In this document: one piece after another, positions 49,441-62,680 of the stretch
How the letters are laid out: each line of letters begins with the position of its first letter
Position numbering within the stretch: position 1 is the stretch's first letter
NCBI RefSeq assembly: GCF_036321535.1
Contig: NC_087437.1
Span: 101,186,001-101,250,000, forward strand
Direction of reading: 5' to 3'
Length of the DNA: 64,000 nucleotides
Source of the DNA: Camelus dromedarius
Lineage: Eukaryota
Made by a program: the position numbers and the translations under genes
Notes under the pieces: model-generated
Told to the model about the DNA's origin: nothing
The model's input: the letters and a program-made list of their open reading frames with translations, nothing else
The model's database searches: none

Positions 49441-52279
49441 ATTACTAAAATTATTACTCAAAAAGATCTCACAATTCCTCAAAACTGTAAGTAATATAGT
49501 GCATAATTCCTGCTGATTCCATTGAGGTTAAAAGCATTTTTCATCTCTGGTTACCAGTTTCCAGGAAAGAGTCAAACAATAAATGAGTATTGAACAATCA
49601 TGTAGAGAAGATAATAAAATTGAGATTATAAGAACCAACTGCAAAGAATAGTCAAGTAAAATAACTGCAGCACTAAATCTACCTATGCCTTTTAAAAAAG
49701 ATTACTATTCCAATCATGTATTATTTTACAAATTGTGTTTAGTGACTATTCTTTCTACAAGAGACAATAAAAACAGAGTATCTCAGTCAAATATTTTGTG
49801 AAACAGTGCATAATCTATCTTTCTCTTTAAGACTCAGTACAAATCAGCAAATTAAACATTCTTGGAAGCTATAGTAAAGTAACCACCATTAAGGGAAAAT
49901 TTGCCTTGTTATACCATATCATGTCCCTTGAAATATAAGTTTTTTAGTACCCTTCTGAAGTTTATCACTCAAAATAAATTTGAGAAATGCTGAAATTGTC
50001 GAAATAACCAAGGATAGCAAATTTCTCTAATAATTTTGTTTCTTTCAAATAAAAAGTAAAGTGCATGACCAATATTTAGAAGTATGTTTTAAAAGAAAGT
50101 CACTGAATCAAAAATAAAGCAAAACAATGAAATGAATATCAATAATAAGTACAGTTAGTTAAGAAGTTGAAAATATCAGTAAAATATTCAAAAAGACATT
50201 TAGGAAAGTGAGTGTCAATAGAAAAAAAATTACAGCTACATGAAAAATAAGAATGTTTAAGCAATAAAGGAGTTAATAAATATGAAATTTTGTTATAAAA
50301 GACACATTTCTCACAAAAATAAAATTAAGATAAAGTAGTTGAAGTATTTATTTTAAAACTATGTAGTACAAAATTTGTCATATTAAAAGACTAAAGTACA
50401 TTTAACTCAATATTTTTAACAAATACAAATAATTTACATCTCTTATCCAGGCTGATAAAGATTGTAATAGGCAGAATAGGTCATTTGAAAAAAAATTGAT
50501 ACTCTCTGTATGAGAAAAACTGTCTAAAGGCAGTCCCTTCATTTTTCCATCAAATAATGAGTTCTAATTATTTAGCTTTAAGATGATTAAAAAATTGGTG
50601 GTGTCTCCAAAGATAGAAGTGATGCCAGAGCTGATCATTTTAAGTTATGACTGATACGCCTATATGGTAAATGGTGTAGTTGTATAGGGAATTCAACCAT
50701 TTATCTAATTTGGCAACATAGATTACATTGTGCTTAAGAAACTTTAATAAGATGTCATATCTCCTTGGCCCAGAGATTCTGAGAAAATCCTTCCTTGATA
50801 TGTAGAAATAAATTTAAATAATACTTCAATATATACATATTATATGCAGTGTGCATCAAAATGATATTTCTTAAAATTTCTTAAATATTATGTAACATGC
50901 AATTATACAATATCTCACATGTATCCTAAATGTCATTGAATTTTGCTACCCCTCGATAATGAATCATATATATATATGATTTTATACATAAAATTCCTGA
51001 GCGCCCTGTATGATGTGTCTATCCACTAAGCCCACTGCATGTACTTTGTGATGAGTGTGGTTCATTCATTATTTAAAGTCCTTCAGAATGAAGACCACCT
51101 ATTTCTACAGTTTCCCTAAACATTAGAAATATTAGGAGGGGAGGGGCACTTAGATGGTTCTGTCCCTGATCTAACTTTCATTACTGAGTTCTGGATCAGG
51201 GAGTTCCTCTCTCGAGGATTATGCATCATTTAACAGACCATTGCTCCTGAAATCACAGACTCACCAAGTAGAGTCATTATACTTCCTCCTGGAGTAATAT
51301 TCCCTCTCTGTTAGGGCTCAGCATTAGCCCTGGAGACTGGAGAACTAGTAACTCTGCCTCAGAATAGGGTAATTAACCTCAGATTGCTTTTCAACACTGG
51401 GTTGAGTTAGTCTTCCCTAAGAATTTTCTCCTTATTTGCTCAGAAGTTGATAAGGCATTCCAGTTGTCCCCAGATATAGTTTCATAAAGCGCAAGATAGG
51501 TGATCAAATCATTAACTCAGGGTCACATACTGGTTAATGTCTTCCATCCCCTGTTAATTCAAGGTGGAACAGAATTTAATATGTCTGGAAACTGTTGTAT
51601 GCCTTTGGCACTTGCTTTTTTTCCCCCTGTATGTCTGAATTGGAAGGTCAGAACTTAGATCATTGATTTTGCTAAATAAAACCATCAAAGAATGGTAATT
51701 AATTTATATATACTAACATCTCACTAACTAATATCTCATTTGTAAAGGAAGACAGTTGGGTCAATGATTTTCTTTTTTACACCATTGACAATATACTGCT
51801 TTTATATATGTGTTAAATTTGCTACTATAGCATCCCTTGACCCTATTAATCAAATGATGTCGATTTTCTGATTCAGATACTATTGCTGACTTGGGGAAAG
51901 TTAACTATTTCCATTACTGATGATTTATAAATTGGAAACAGTGGATGTGACTAATTCATAAAGGAAGGTTTCTTCAATTTTGCTCTAGTAGTGATATAAA
52001 TATGTACAATCTAATTATAATGATTTAGTCAAAACCCTAGTTAATGTCAATAATGGGGAAGAAAGATAACAAATAAGATGGTCCTGTAGACAGTATTAAT
52101 CTTAGTTTTATCAATGCATATGGCTTTCTCTTTATGACTAATCATCATAAACTTAGAAGTTTTATATTTTTTAAAAGTGATAGATAATTGAATACAGACC
52201 AACAATAATTAATCTTTGAGTAATACTTGAGTATTCCTTCTTCATCAAACATATACTTAACCTTATAACTTTTATGCCT

Positions 52280-53010
52280 TTCCTATCCTTTTTTTCTACT
52301 TCAATTCCACTGTTATCATCTTAGTTAGCTCATTATCACCATTATTATGTAACAGCTTCCTCAGTATGTTTCCATCTGTTTTATCTCATCTAATTTACTA
52401 AAGATATTTATCAAATCAGTCTCTTTAATATTGTAACCTTTATCAAATCTCTTCGCCACACAAGACATGCATAATGTAAATACACGTATATATATCACAT
52501 ATATATATATATATATATACACACAGAGAGTGGTTTTTCATTTCTTATCAAATCCAGCTTCCTCATACTGTTTCTGACTGTTTCTGATATTAACCTTCAC
52601 ATTCTTATATGATAAGCACACATAGGAAAATAAATGAGGGAAGTTTAAATCATCCCTATATTTTTTCCTTTTCTGGTACATAAGCCTCTGTTTTAGTTTA
52701 TTAACTTGGCCTCAGATGCCTTTCCCCGATCTTCATTGGAAGATTCAGTGTAATTTTTTACCTTTTGAAAGGCCCCAAGAATGATTCGTCCTTTCTGAGA
52801 CATTCATGGAACTTTCAGTACTTCTATAATGGCATTTATAATATTCTACTTTATATTATGATTATTCTTTTGTCTATTTAAAAAAATCTTCTTTACTTTA
52901 CCACCATTGCAGAAAGACTCTTATTTTATTATTATTAGACTTATTCCAAGACACAGCCTTTCACTATAATAGACAGTACTTATTAAATGTCTCTTGAATG
53001 AATGAATGAA
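52280..53010 (+). mobile_element. L2 fragment with 3' terminus and embedded (TA)n
   Basis: Ends TAAATGTCTCTTGAATGAATGAATGAA, the typical L2 tail. Confidence 0.6.
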
Positions 53011-53839
53011 GTGACTTTATTTTCATTAAACATGAACCAGTCATTTTATTTTGTAAGAGAGTAGGGCCTTCTTGCAAAAAAGAATGTTGGAATAGTTTTA
53101 TTTTTAATTTTGTTTTGATGAAATATTATTTTACCTAAAGTGTCACATTTGGAGTCCAGTTTTTCCAATAGTGACTCTAAAACACCTTCTATCATTGATT
53201 TCTCTATTATCTCTGGTTCTGAAGTAGCAGCAGTCTTTGATAGTCAAGGCTTTGAGAACCAAAACACGTGCATCTGAATTGAAAGCTGGAGAAAGGCAGA
53301 ATCGTCAAGGAACGCTTCTTGGTCCCACAAAATATAAATCAAATTTATTGATTGTGATTTAAGAGCAGAGCTGTATCCCATGAAAAGAGTACATAAACCA
53401 TGTTTAATGTTTTTTATTCAATTGTCACTGTTGATGTAAAAAAAAAAAAAGAAACATATCTGTTACAGAAAGCAAGAAGGTAATAATATTTTGCAGCTGG
53501 TAGTTCTCAGACTCTACAGAGACCTCAAAAATGGCAACATTTTCTATTAAAAACATTTTATATTTATTAAGGAAGTCTCCATAACACTGTAAGGTCACAG
53601 ATATCAATTAACTTTCAAGAAGTTATAAACAAAATAAAATTGAGATTTTATTAAGCCAGTCATCTACAAAGCACGCTAAGTGAAATTGATGGTCACTTTG
53701 ATAGTTCCAATCTGGAAATTCTCAAGTCTACTTAAGAGTGCCTTGATTCCTTAAACCACATTTTTTTTTTCTTCAAGAACAAAGAAGCAAAGCTCTGAGT
53801 TTATTTGTCAGATAAAAATTCAGAATCAGCCTTCTTGGA

Positions 53840-54150
53840 GACAACTCCCATATGCCGCTGAATTAATTAAGACACAGCCTTTCACTATGACTTCAAGAGT
53901 GCCGGGCACGCTACAAACACAAATGTCCCTTCAGGCAGATTTTCTCCACTGGCTATCTCACTTCTCCGCTACGTTTCCATCTTTTGCATCGCACCAACAT
54001 TCCCATTCCTCTCAGAAGTGGATTAAAACGTATCTGTTCTCAAATAATGGAATGAGATCACTTAAGAAGTCTGCATCATTTTTACTGAGAAGTGAGGGAG
54101 AAGCCGTTTGTCAGCACTGATCTGAAAGCCATTCCCAGTGATTTATTAAC
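53840..54150. promoter_or_regulatory. Candidate developmental-enhancer-like island
   Basis: ~8 CpG in ~260 bp of unique sequence; TGAATTAATTAA, GGATTA (54020), TGTCA, TGATTTAT (54139). Confidence 0.3.
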
Positions 54151-54935
54151 ACTTTCTTTCTGTGAAAGTACTACTGAAAACTGAATGATAAATGATTTCT
54201 GAAGTTTGGAAATTCAGATGGAAATCCAGGAAACATTCTGAGGGCTATTCTCAAAAATATAAGGTTAAAAAAAAAAGCAAATTTCTGAAGACCCATCAGA
54301 CCAATGTCACATTTTCCAGCAAGGTGCTTCCCTATATTTCTAAGACATCTTCCCACTCTGGGATATAAACATAACTGGAATAAATCTGCGAACATTCTAA
54401 GACTGCTGCATCAAATCTGCAGGAATTCACTTCAATTTAGGTGAAGTGCATACAATTTATGATGTTTCTGTTACAAAATAAAGAAAAAAAAGATATATTC
54501 AAATCTCCCTTGGGTTGTCAATTGCTATTGGATTTTAATTCGATATAAATACAAGCACAGCCAAACCACTTTGCCACTGCTGGAAAATGACTTTCCATGG
54601 TGTGAACTTCACTTACATTTGGATAGTTCTGTAACACCTAGCAATTATTGACTTTTCCAATTTGTACAAATGCATTTCTTTGAACACAAGTCACCTCTTC
54701 TCAGCACTTTCAATGTGAATGATGTATTCAGCTTCAAGATATATGATTATATTTAAACTACATTTATTTACTGAGCAATAACAATCTCACCAATAAACCA
54801 GAAATAAAGAGAAATTCAAAGCTGTGGCTGTCAAGAGTCATGAAGTTCCCTACTATCTTTATAGCCATGAATTTATCATTTCTACTGATTAAAAGTCTCT
54901 TTGATAAGAAAATACTCAAGTGAAGCAAAAGGACT

Positions 54936-55187
54936 AAGTATGCAGAGCAGTGAAAGAACACTGCATTCAGCCTGGTTGTTCGGGCTTGATTCTTGGTAGC
55001 AGTCGTGTGCTCTTGGGAGAGTTTTTGTAATTTCATTATTTTATGCCTTAGTCAGCCCACGTGTCAAGTGAAGGTCATAACAGTACTAACCTAGTAGAGA
55101 TCATAGAGGATTAAATATGTTAATAGATATAAGGAGCTCAGAATAATGTGCAGCACACAATAATTCATAATATGTGTTAGCAATTTA
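54936..55187 (+). mobile_element. MIR, near full length
   Basis: TGCCTTAGT..ATAACAGTACTAACCT..GAGGATTAAATATGTTAATA..GCACACAATAA..TGTTAGC. Confidence 0.8.
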
Positions 55188-56056
55188 AATTTGTATCACC
55201 AGGAATGCAGCCCTAAAATATTTCACTCCAAGCTTTTTAAAACCATATGAGCTGAGATACCTGCAAGGCCAGTAACACGCTAATGACTTGTGGATCACAG
55301 AATACATTGCGTCCATTTAATTGAAAATTGTAACTTTTGAAGACTTCTAGGTCTCAATTCTCCTAGTCCATCAACTTCAATACTCCACTGAGTGGATTCT
55401 TATATGGCGCTATGTCTTCAACTGACAGAGGGCAAGATAGCCAATGGGAATAAGCAGGGGAGAAATATGTTAAAATTTCTTATCAAGTTAGCTGGAAATT
55501 TGAAATTATCCTTCATTAAATCTTCTGTCTTGTCCCCACATCTAATCTGGCACTAGGTCCTATTCATTTTGCCTTTGATATTTATTTAAAAACATGTGAA
55601 ATTATTGAATCTTCTCTTGAAAACTACATTATTTTTTGGGGGGGGAACCCATGTAAACAATTTCTCCATCTTTGAGTCTCTCTAAATACCATATTGCTGA
55701 TAGAGTATTTTCTTTAGCATAATAATCCAATGATTTGACTTTCTTATATTAATGTGTCCAGGAATTCCATGATGCCCTCACAGTTAATTTTAAGCTTGTA
55801 ATATTTCATAAAAAAACATTGTGTGTTGGTTTTTTTCTATTTTTTTCAGGCTTACCACCTGCCACCCTCTTTCTGTTCATGTCCCATTCCTGGACACTTT
55901 TTCTTCTACCACTTGCCTCTGTACATACTCTTAGCTGTATCAGTAAAGATTTTCAGAGTCTTACCTTCGGACACCATCATGCTTGTGCTTCAAGGCTCAT
56001 GTCTTTATCTTAAACCTTCCAGGCCTGAATGAGTTGAAGCTTTGATTTGTAATTTA

Positions 56057-56306
56057 CTTTATCTATTTATTTTTACAATGTGTTAATTTCTGATGTACAG
56101 CATGGTGATTCAGTTTTATATATATATTCCTTTTCATTATAGGCTATTACAAGGTACTGAATATAGTTCCCTGTGCTATACAGTAGGATCTTGTTGTTTG
56201 TCTATTTAATATATAGCAATTAGTATCTGCAAATCCCAAACTCCCAATTAATCCCTCCAACTGCTCTTTCCCCCGGTAACCATTAGTTTGTTTTTTTATG
56301 TCTGTG
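56057..56306 (-). mobile_element. 5'-truncated L1 3' end (cetartiodactyl type) inserted in an L2
   Basis: TTACAATGTGTTAATTTCTGATGTACAGCA..TGAATATAGTTCCCTGTGCTATACAGTAGGA..ATCCCAAACTCCCAATT..GGTAACCAT; TSD TGATTTGTAATTTA / TGACTTGTATTTTA (12/14). Confidence 0.92.
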
Positions 56307-58039
56307 TGACTTGTATTTTAACTCATTTTACATGTCAGTTCTTACTTGGTCTATTAATTGTTATATTGTGAGTGAGAGAAATTATTTTTCAAGCAGTTAT
56401 GAGTGTTTTGAGGGCAAAGGTTAAACTTTGTTCTCAGTATTCTTGAACTTTAACATGGCCCATCACATTAGGATGTGATCACTAAGTGATCATTAATTGG
56501 GAGACTCATCCAATTTTACATTAAAAATATTTGATATTAATCCTGACCCCATGTGTTATAGCCGACTGGCCCATTTTTGAGTTAGGTGCCCAGAATCCAG
56601 TATAATTCACTTATCTACAATTTTAACTTGCCAAGTTTTTATGTCTTAAAATATTTTCCCTGGATTTGTCTTCTTCTAACTTAATGTTTTAGAAATTGAA
56701 TTTTCACCTTGGCTCTGCTGCTCAATTTTCTGCCCTCATTCATCTTTACCAACCTTTGTTTTCCCTTCTAGGTAAACAATTATACTTTTTTTCTTCAGCC
56801 TTTAAGTTATAACCGTGAATGAATTATCCTAGTTAAGTACTTCACAGGTCTATCTAAGTGGCATTTATAAGAACCTGATATTCCAAGTTTATAAGCATAA
56901 AGTCATTGTTAAAACTCTTTTGAGGCATATTAAAATGTGCATATTGAAAATACTGTAAAACAGGGATGAACATATTGGAAAAATCAACATAATCACAATA
57001 ACTACATAGTCTTTCATAGAAAATGAGCAGAATTTTTTGAATTTCTTAGTTGTGGTACATTCCTTAGAAGAATGACTTGAAATTTTTTTAAAATAGTTCT
57101 AAAATGGTTTATTAATTATAATTATTTTTTCTGTTCAATTGGGTATTCTGACAACTTAATGTTTTATTGAATATCAAATCACAAAATAAGCTTCTTTAGC
57201 AAAATGTGATCATATATTTCACATGTTATATTCTATTATTATTTGATGATTAAGAATATAAAGCTTAGAAGTGCAAATAGTAATCTAAAATTCCCATTTT
57301 TTTTTCTCCAGTGTCAGCTGTCTTAAACAAGGTTCTGGCAATTGCTGGACCTCAATAAAAATCACAGATAACTTAGTAGTATGAGAAATGCAGTGGGTAT
57401 TATAAAAATTGGGAGAATAACTGTATCTTAAATTATAATTAAAATCTCTTAAAACCAAATATATTATTTTAGCTTTGAAATAAATATTTTGAGCTTTGGA
57501 ATGACCACATTTAACTCAATTAGTCAAATATTTTTAAATAGAATATGTTAATACTCATAAGTCCTTAGCAGACACAGGAGTTTTCTCTTGAACCAGGAAT
57601 TGATTTTTCTCTAGTAACAAGTGGAATTTGAAACATGAAATGTTTGAGTTCAATTTCAAACTTCAAATCCATGACATTTGAATAGGTGCTACATTCGCCA
57701 AATTGTGTTTATCCATCCCTGTGCATATTAGTTCCAAGTCCTGCCAATAGAAAGATCAATAGAACACAAAGACAAAATCAATATATGATTGAGCTTCTCG
57801 CTGCATCTTCGTTAAGAGAATCCAGAGTATAATTTAATTCTGAAACATATATTTGAAAATGGAAATTCATAAGTACTACTAAAATTGATCTTTAACTGAT
57901 TCTAACTCTTTTGGAAACCTGGCCATGTCTGTAATGATATTACACATACATACACATGACAAAGTGAAACCTAGTATACGGTTAGTAACAATAAAATGAA
58001 CATCAGTAGACTTATCATTTAAATTAAAGTATACAACAT

Positions 58040-59200
58040 TATCAGTAACTTAGAAGCCTTCTTCTCATGATATGAGTCCCTTTCTCCAAAGGTATATCTT
58101 CTCTCTCTACTCAATATAAGCATTAACCTTATTTTTCTTTTAGTCATTCTGCTCTTATTTTCATAATTTTTCACTTATGCACCTTTCCTGAAGTACACTT
58201 TATTAGATAGTGCCTGATTTTAAATTTTATATACATTGAATAACATTATATATATTCTTCTGTGATTTATACCTTTCACCTTGTTAGTCTATGTGAATAT
58301 ACTTCATTCATTCTCAGTACTGAATATTATTCTGTTGTATCTATATACTACAAATTACTTTTTCATTCTGGTCTTTATAAATTCAGGGTGTTCCCAAGTT
58401 CTTAAACAGTGATGCTATTACATACACAACAATGCACACATGCATATATTTATCTAGACTAAATAGCCAGAATGGCATTTAAGCTTAGTTTTGTCCATAT
58501 ATATATTATATAATATAATATAATATATTATATATATATATATATAATTATATTATATATATATATATATATAATACAATTAAATTGTGATTGAAACCTT
58601 AAATATCTTCTCCCAATTTTCTTTTTAAGAAATTCATTTATAATATATTTTGATAAAAATAATTTCTAATTTCAATGCCCATATCATTTCTATTTTAAAA
58701 TTTTATACTCCTATTTACAGGCATATAAAGATTTCCACTATTTATCTATTTTTCCTGTATGGTTTGCATTTAAAGTCACATTTAAGAAATCTTTTCTTAC
58801 AGTAAGATTTGAAAATATTTTATTGTATTGTTTTCTATAAATGTTATAACATGGTCTTTCGCATTAATACATTGAATTTTCCTTGAACTGATTTTGACTA
58901 AAGTGCAAAATATGGGTTCCAATTCACTTTTTTCCCATATTAACCCATTTTCTCAAGATCATTGTTTAAAAAATCTGCCTTCACCAGAAATATGAAATAC
59001 CACCTTTTTAGTCATCAGATATACATCTATTCTGAGTTTCTTAGTCTGGTCCACTAGTCTAATTTGTCATATTTATATAGTACTATAATGAGCAATGATA
59101 ACTGGTATTGAAATAATATATATAGACCTACTGTCTTGATTTCTTCAAATAAGTCTTAGATATTCTTTGCTAAATGCACTTTTATATCCATGTCAGAAAT
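58040..59200 (-). mobile_element. Old L1ME fragments
   Basis: TTCATTCATTCTCAGTACTGAATATTATTCTGTTGTAT..; GTCACATTTAAGAAATCTT..; TGAACTGATTTTG..TCCAATTCACTTTTTTCCCATAT. Confidence 0.7.
58497..58575. repeat. Imperfect (TA)n tract
   Basis: About 79 nt of pure A/T, mostly alternating. Confidence 0.95.
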
Positions 59201-60919
59201 ATACCTTATTTGTGTTATTTAAAAACTTTTTATTGTTTATCAGTATGTTCTGTGATTAGACCTCAGAATTCCTGGTCATTTATTTATCAAAAACAGGATA
59301 CTAGAAACATTGGTCACATTCTGTTGCTGATTTGATGGTCAGACTTTTTCCAGGGAACTATGATTTTGGTGAGCACTCTTAATTAGGCAGCCATAATTAA
59401 TATACCTTCAATCATGATTAATCTTTAATCATGTTTCCAAAACATAAATACATAATCTGAATACAAATATGTTAAATGGTTAAGCATATAATTTTCAATG
59501 ATGTAGCTGGTTGTATGAAAAGGATAGATAAAGAGCAGATATAATATTGTAAGATCAAGACTTTTATAAGGTGGAAGCAGTCTCTTAGGATGGGAAGGTA
59601 AGGGACAACTTTTGAGAGTAGATAACTTTAACTTGTAATTGAAGGACTTGAGTAGCAGGTAGGGAGAATCCCAAGAGATAAAACAAACATTTTAAAATCA
59701 GATAAACATGAAATCACAAAACAAATGTCCCTTTAAATACCAAAATCCTCAATATTCTGCTTTACTTGTCATTATATCAAGGATTTAACTATAAACTACT
59801 CACTCAACACAAACTATTGTCTCTATGTTCACAGCACATCTTGGGTAAGTTTACTTTATCTAATTTTAATATGCCTATAAATAAATATATGAGCAAGTGA
59901 GCAAAGAAAGAACAACAGAAAAAAAATTTAATAGCCATAGTTGAGCACTTTTGATATAGGATATTAGGTGGTGTCTGGGGAGAAAATAAATTGTTGAAGT
60001 TAATAATGTGTATTTTCAGCTTTGGGAATATAAAATAAAATACATTAACATTTAATTTGCTTCTGTTTCTATAATACATTTGTTTCAAAATGTTTCTTTT
60101 TAAAAATAATTATTTTACTAAAGTGCAGAAATGCCCACTGAGTAAGATACATTTGTTTACAAAGCCAGCTTTCACATGGAAAATTGGTAAATAAAGATTT
60201 CTTTGAGCAATCTAGCCTATTAAGTAGAAATAGTGTGTTTATACCTAGTGATTCTCATGTGCTCTTTAATGGAACAAATGCATATAAATTATCATAATAG
60301 TGATTCATTTCGTTCAAGGTTCAGTAATTTGAGAGAAGATAAATGGATTTAATAGTTGTGAAGGGGTTGAGACAATAATGAGAAAAAGTATTAAAAGGGC
60401 AAAGAGCAATCCTTTTAAAGAGGAATATTCTTGTAATGAAACACAGAAACTGATATGGGAATAGAAACATTATATTCTGAACAAAAATTAACCATTATTG
60501 AAATGTTAGAAAAGTGGACACTTAGATTTTTAAGGTACGGACATATGTGAGCGATGCATACTAATAGAAAACTCAAAAGCCCTGTCTCAATTAATATCAT
60601 TTATTTTGGAAAGAGAAGATAGGGAAGAACAGAATCACAAGGTAGAAAAAAGAGGTGTGACTTAATCCAGTGAATGTTAAATTTAGCGTTATCATGGCTA
60701 AACTGTTTAGAGATTGCTTTGGAATCTCATTAACCTGGAAAATATCTTTGTAGAAACTGATTTCTTGGTCTCATGTTTTATTTTGTTTTCAGCTTACCGC
60801 ATGTTCAAAGGAATAACTTACAAGCAAAAGCTTAAGGAAAACTGCTATTTTTGATGAAACTGGCAGATAAATATAATCTTGAATGCAGATAAATTTAATC
60901 TTGAATGCAAATAAATTAA

Positions 60920-61330
60920 GACAGACAACTGAAATTGCAGATTCGAGAAAAAACAAACCTGTATATTCATAAAGGGGCTATCCACAAAATACAATCAAGT
61001 TTCCCCCAAGAAATTTCAGGCATGCCATCATAAATTTCCACAATACTTGAAATGAAGAGAGGATACAAAGAGTTTCAAAGAAAGAAAAATGAGGATCTTA
61101 TGGAGGTTTTGAAATAACATTGGCATCTGACTTTTCAACAGCAGTGGAGAGAGGAGGGAGGAATAGCTTCTTTCTAACATTTTGAGAGAAAAAAAAAGTT
61201 CAGCCTGAATTTTATATACAGGAAAAATATAACAAAATTGTGGAAGAGGAGACAAAGACGTTTTAAGCATCATGTATCAAATAATTTATCTGCAGTGCAC
61301 TCAAACTCAGAAAGCTATAGGAGGGTGTGC
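60920..61330 (+). mobile_element. L1/HAL1 ORF1 C-terminal fragment
   Basis: ATTGGCATCTGACTTTTCAACAGCA (LASDFST) and TTCAGCCTGAATTTTATATACAGGAAAA (QPRILYPAK-like). Confidence 0.7.
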
Positions 61331-61819
61331 TTTACCAAAAGAGGGACTAAATTAAAAACAAACAAACAAACAAACACACAAGACTGGGTAAAACAAGATA
61401 CTCCACATAAGAATTCACAGATTAAAAAGAAAAAGAAAAATTCTAGTATGGCAGCTAGAATTCTGAAACAGGAGGACTGAGAGCTCAAAGATACTGTGTA
61501 TAAAAAATCGACCCCTGGAAAATTTTATTGAGTGATGATTGGAGTATGGTGGAAGGCTTATTCAAGGACAAAGATGGCCAAGCCAATAGAAAAAAAAAAA
61601 AAAAAGAACCTGTTATTAACACCAAAAACAAAAGTGTGTGAAGAAATAATGCAATGATTTAACAAAAACAACAATTTTTCATAGTTATAAAAATCATATT
61701 GGAATAGAAAATCTCATAATATATAGCCATTTTATGCCATTTTATGTATTTATTCTATTTTAATTAATTAATTGATTTATTCTTGGCATTGGCATAAAGT
61801 GGCTGCAGGTGAAAGAGGT

Positions 61820-62680
61820 TTGTGAAGGAATATCTGGAATTCAATTTTAGTTGAGTTCGAAATGGTTATTTGACATCCAAATTTGACGAGACAATTAGAT
61901 ATGTGAGTGTGAGATTTCTGTTAGACATTCAAATTGAGGAACTAGTTGGACCATACAGAATTCAAGAGATTTTTCTGAACTAAAGACATTAAGTTGAATA
62001 TTTTCAGCGTTCGGCCAGTATTCAAAATCACGAGGCTGGATGATATTATCAAAGGAATGTGTTGAATGTTAATTAAAAAGGGGAGAGGAAAAAGGATCAA
62101 ACATATTGAACAGGACTGAAAAGGGATTTCCAACAATGAGTAGTTAGGACTTGGGGAAGTGAAGATGAAATCAACAATGCGGACAAAGAAGGCATGATCT
62201 GCGACACTGGGAGAAAACCAAGACACTGTGGTATTCTGTAAGCTATGTGAACAAAATTTATCAAAGAGAAGGAAGTGATCAACTGTGTTACCTGATCCTA
62301 ACATACTGAGCAAAATAAACCTTGAATGCAGTGGTTTGAAGAAGGTAGTTTACAAAAAGGGTAATTGGAAACAGAACATAACAAAAAGCCATTACAAAGA
62401 GTTTTGCTACAAAGAAAAGGACCAGGGCAATACCTGGGAGGGGAAGTGTAGTCAGTAGAAGCATTATTATTAAGGTTGATATTTCTGATTTTGAAGATGG
62501 AAGGAATAGCAACTTCTCTGGATACTTATGGGAATAAACCCAGAAAGGCAACATTACTGATGTAGGTCAGAAAGAAAAGAATTGTTAGAGGCCTGTAGAA
62601 CGTTCAGCTCTACCTGGAATATTCTCCATGTTACACAGAGGAGAATAAAGTCTGAAGATGGAGTAGAACCTATCCAGAGC
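61820..62680 (-). mobile_element. L2 fragment including RT-coding remnant
   Basis: ORF 61942-62313 contains TVDHFLLFDKF..LQNTTVSWFSP, matching the L2/CR1 RT motif 'DTVDHxLLL..L...G..DT.LSWF'. Confidence 0.85.

Noticed and set aside
61942..62313. 123-aa ORF with RT-like motif as a functional or domesticated gene
   Set aside because: Short remnant of an L2 reverse transcriptase lying within a decayed L2.
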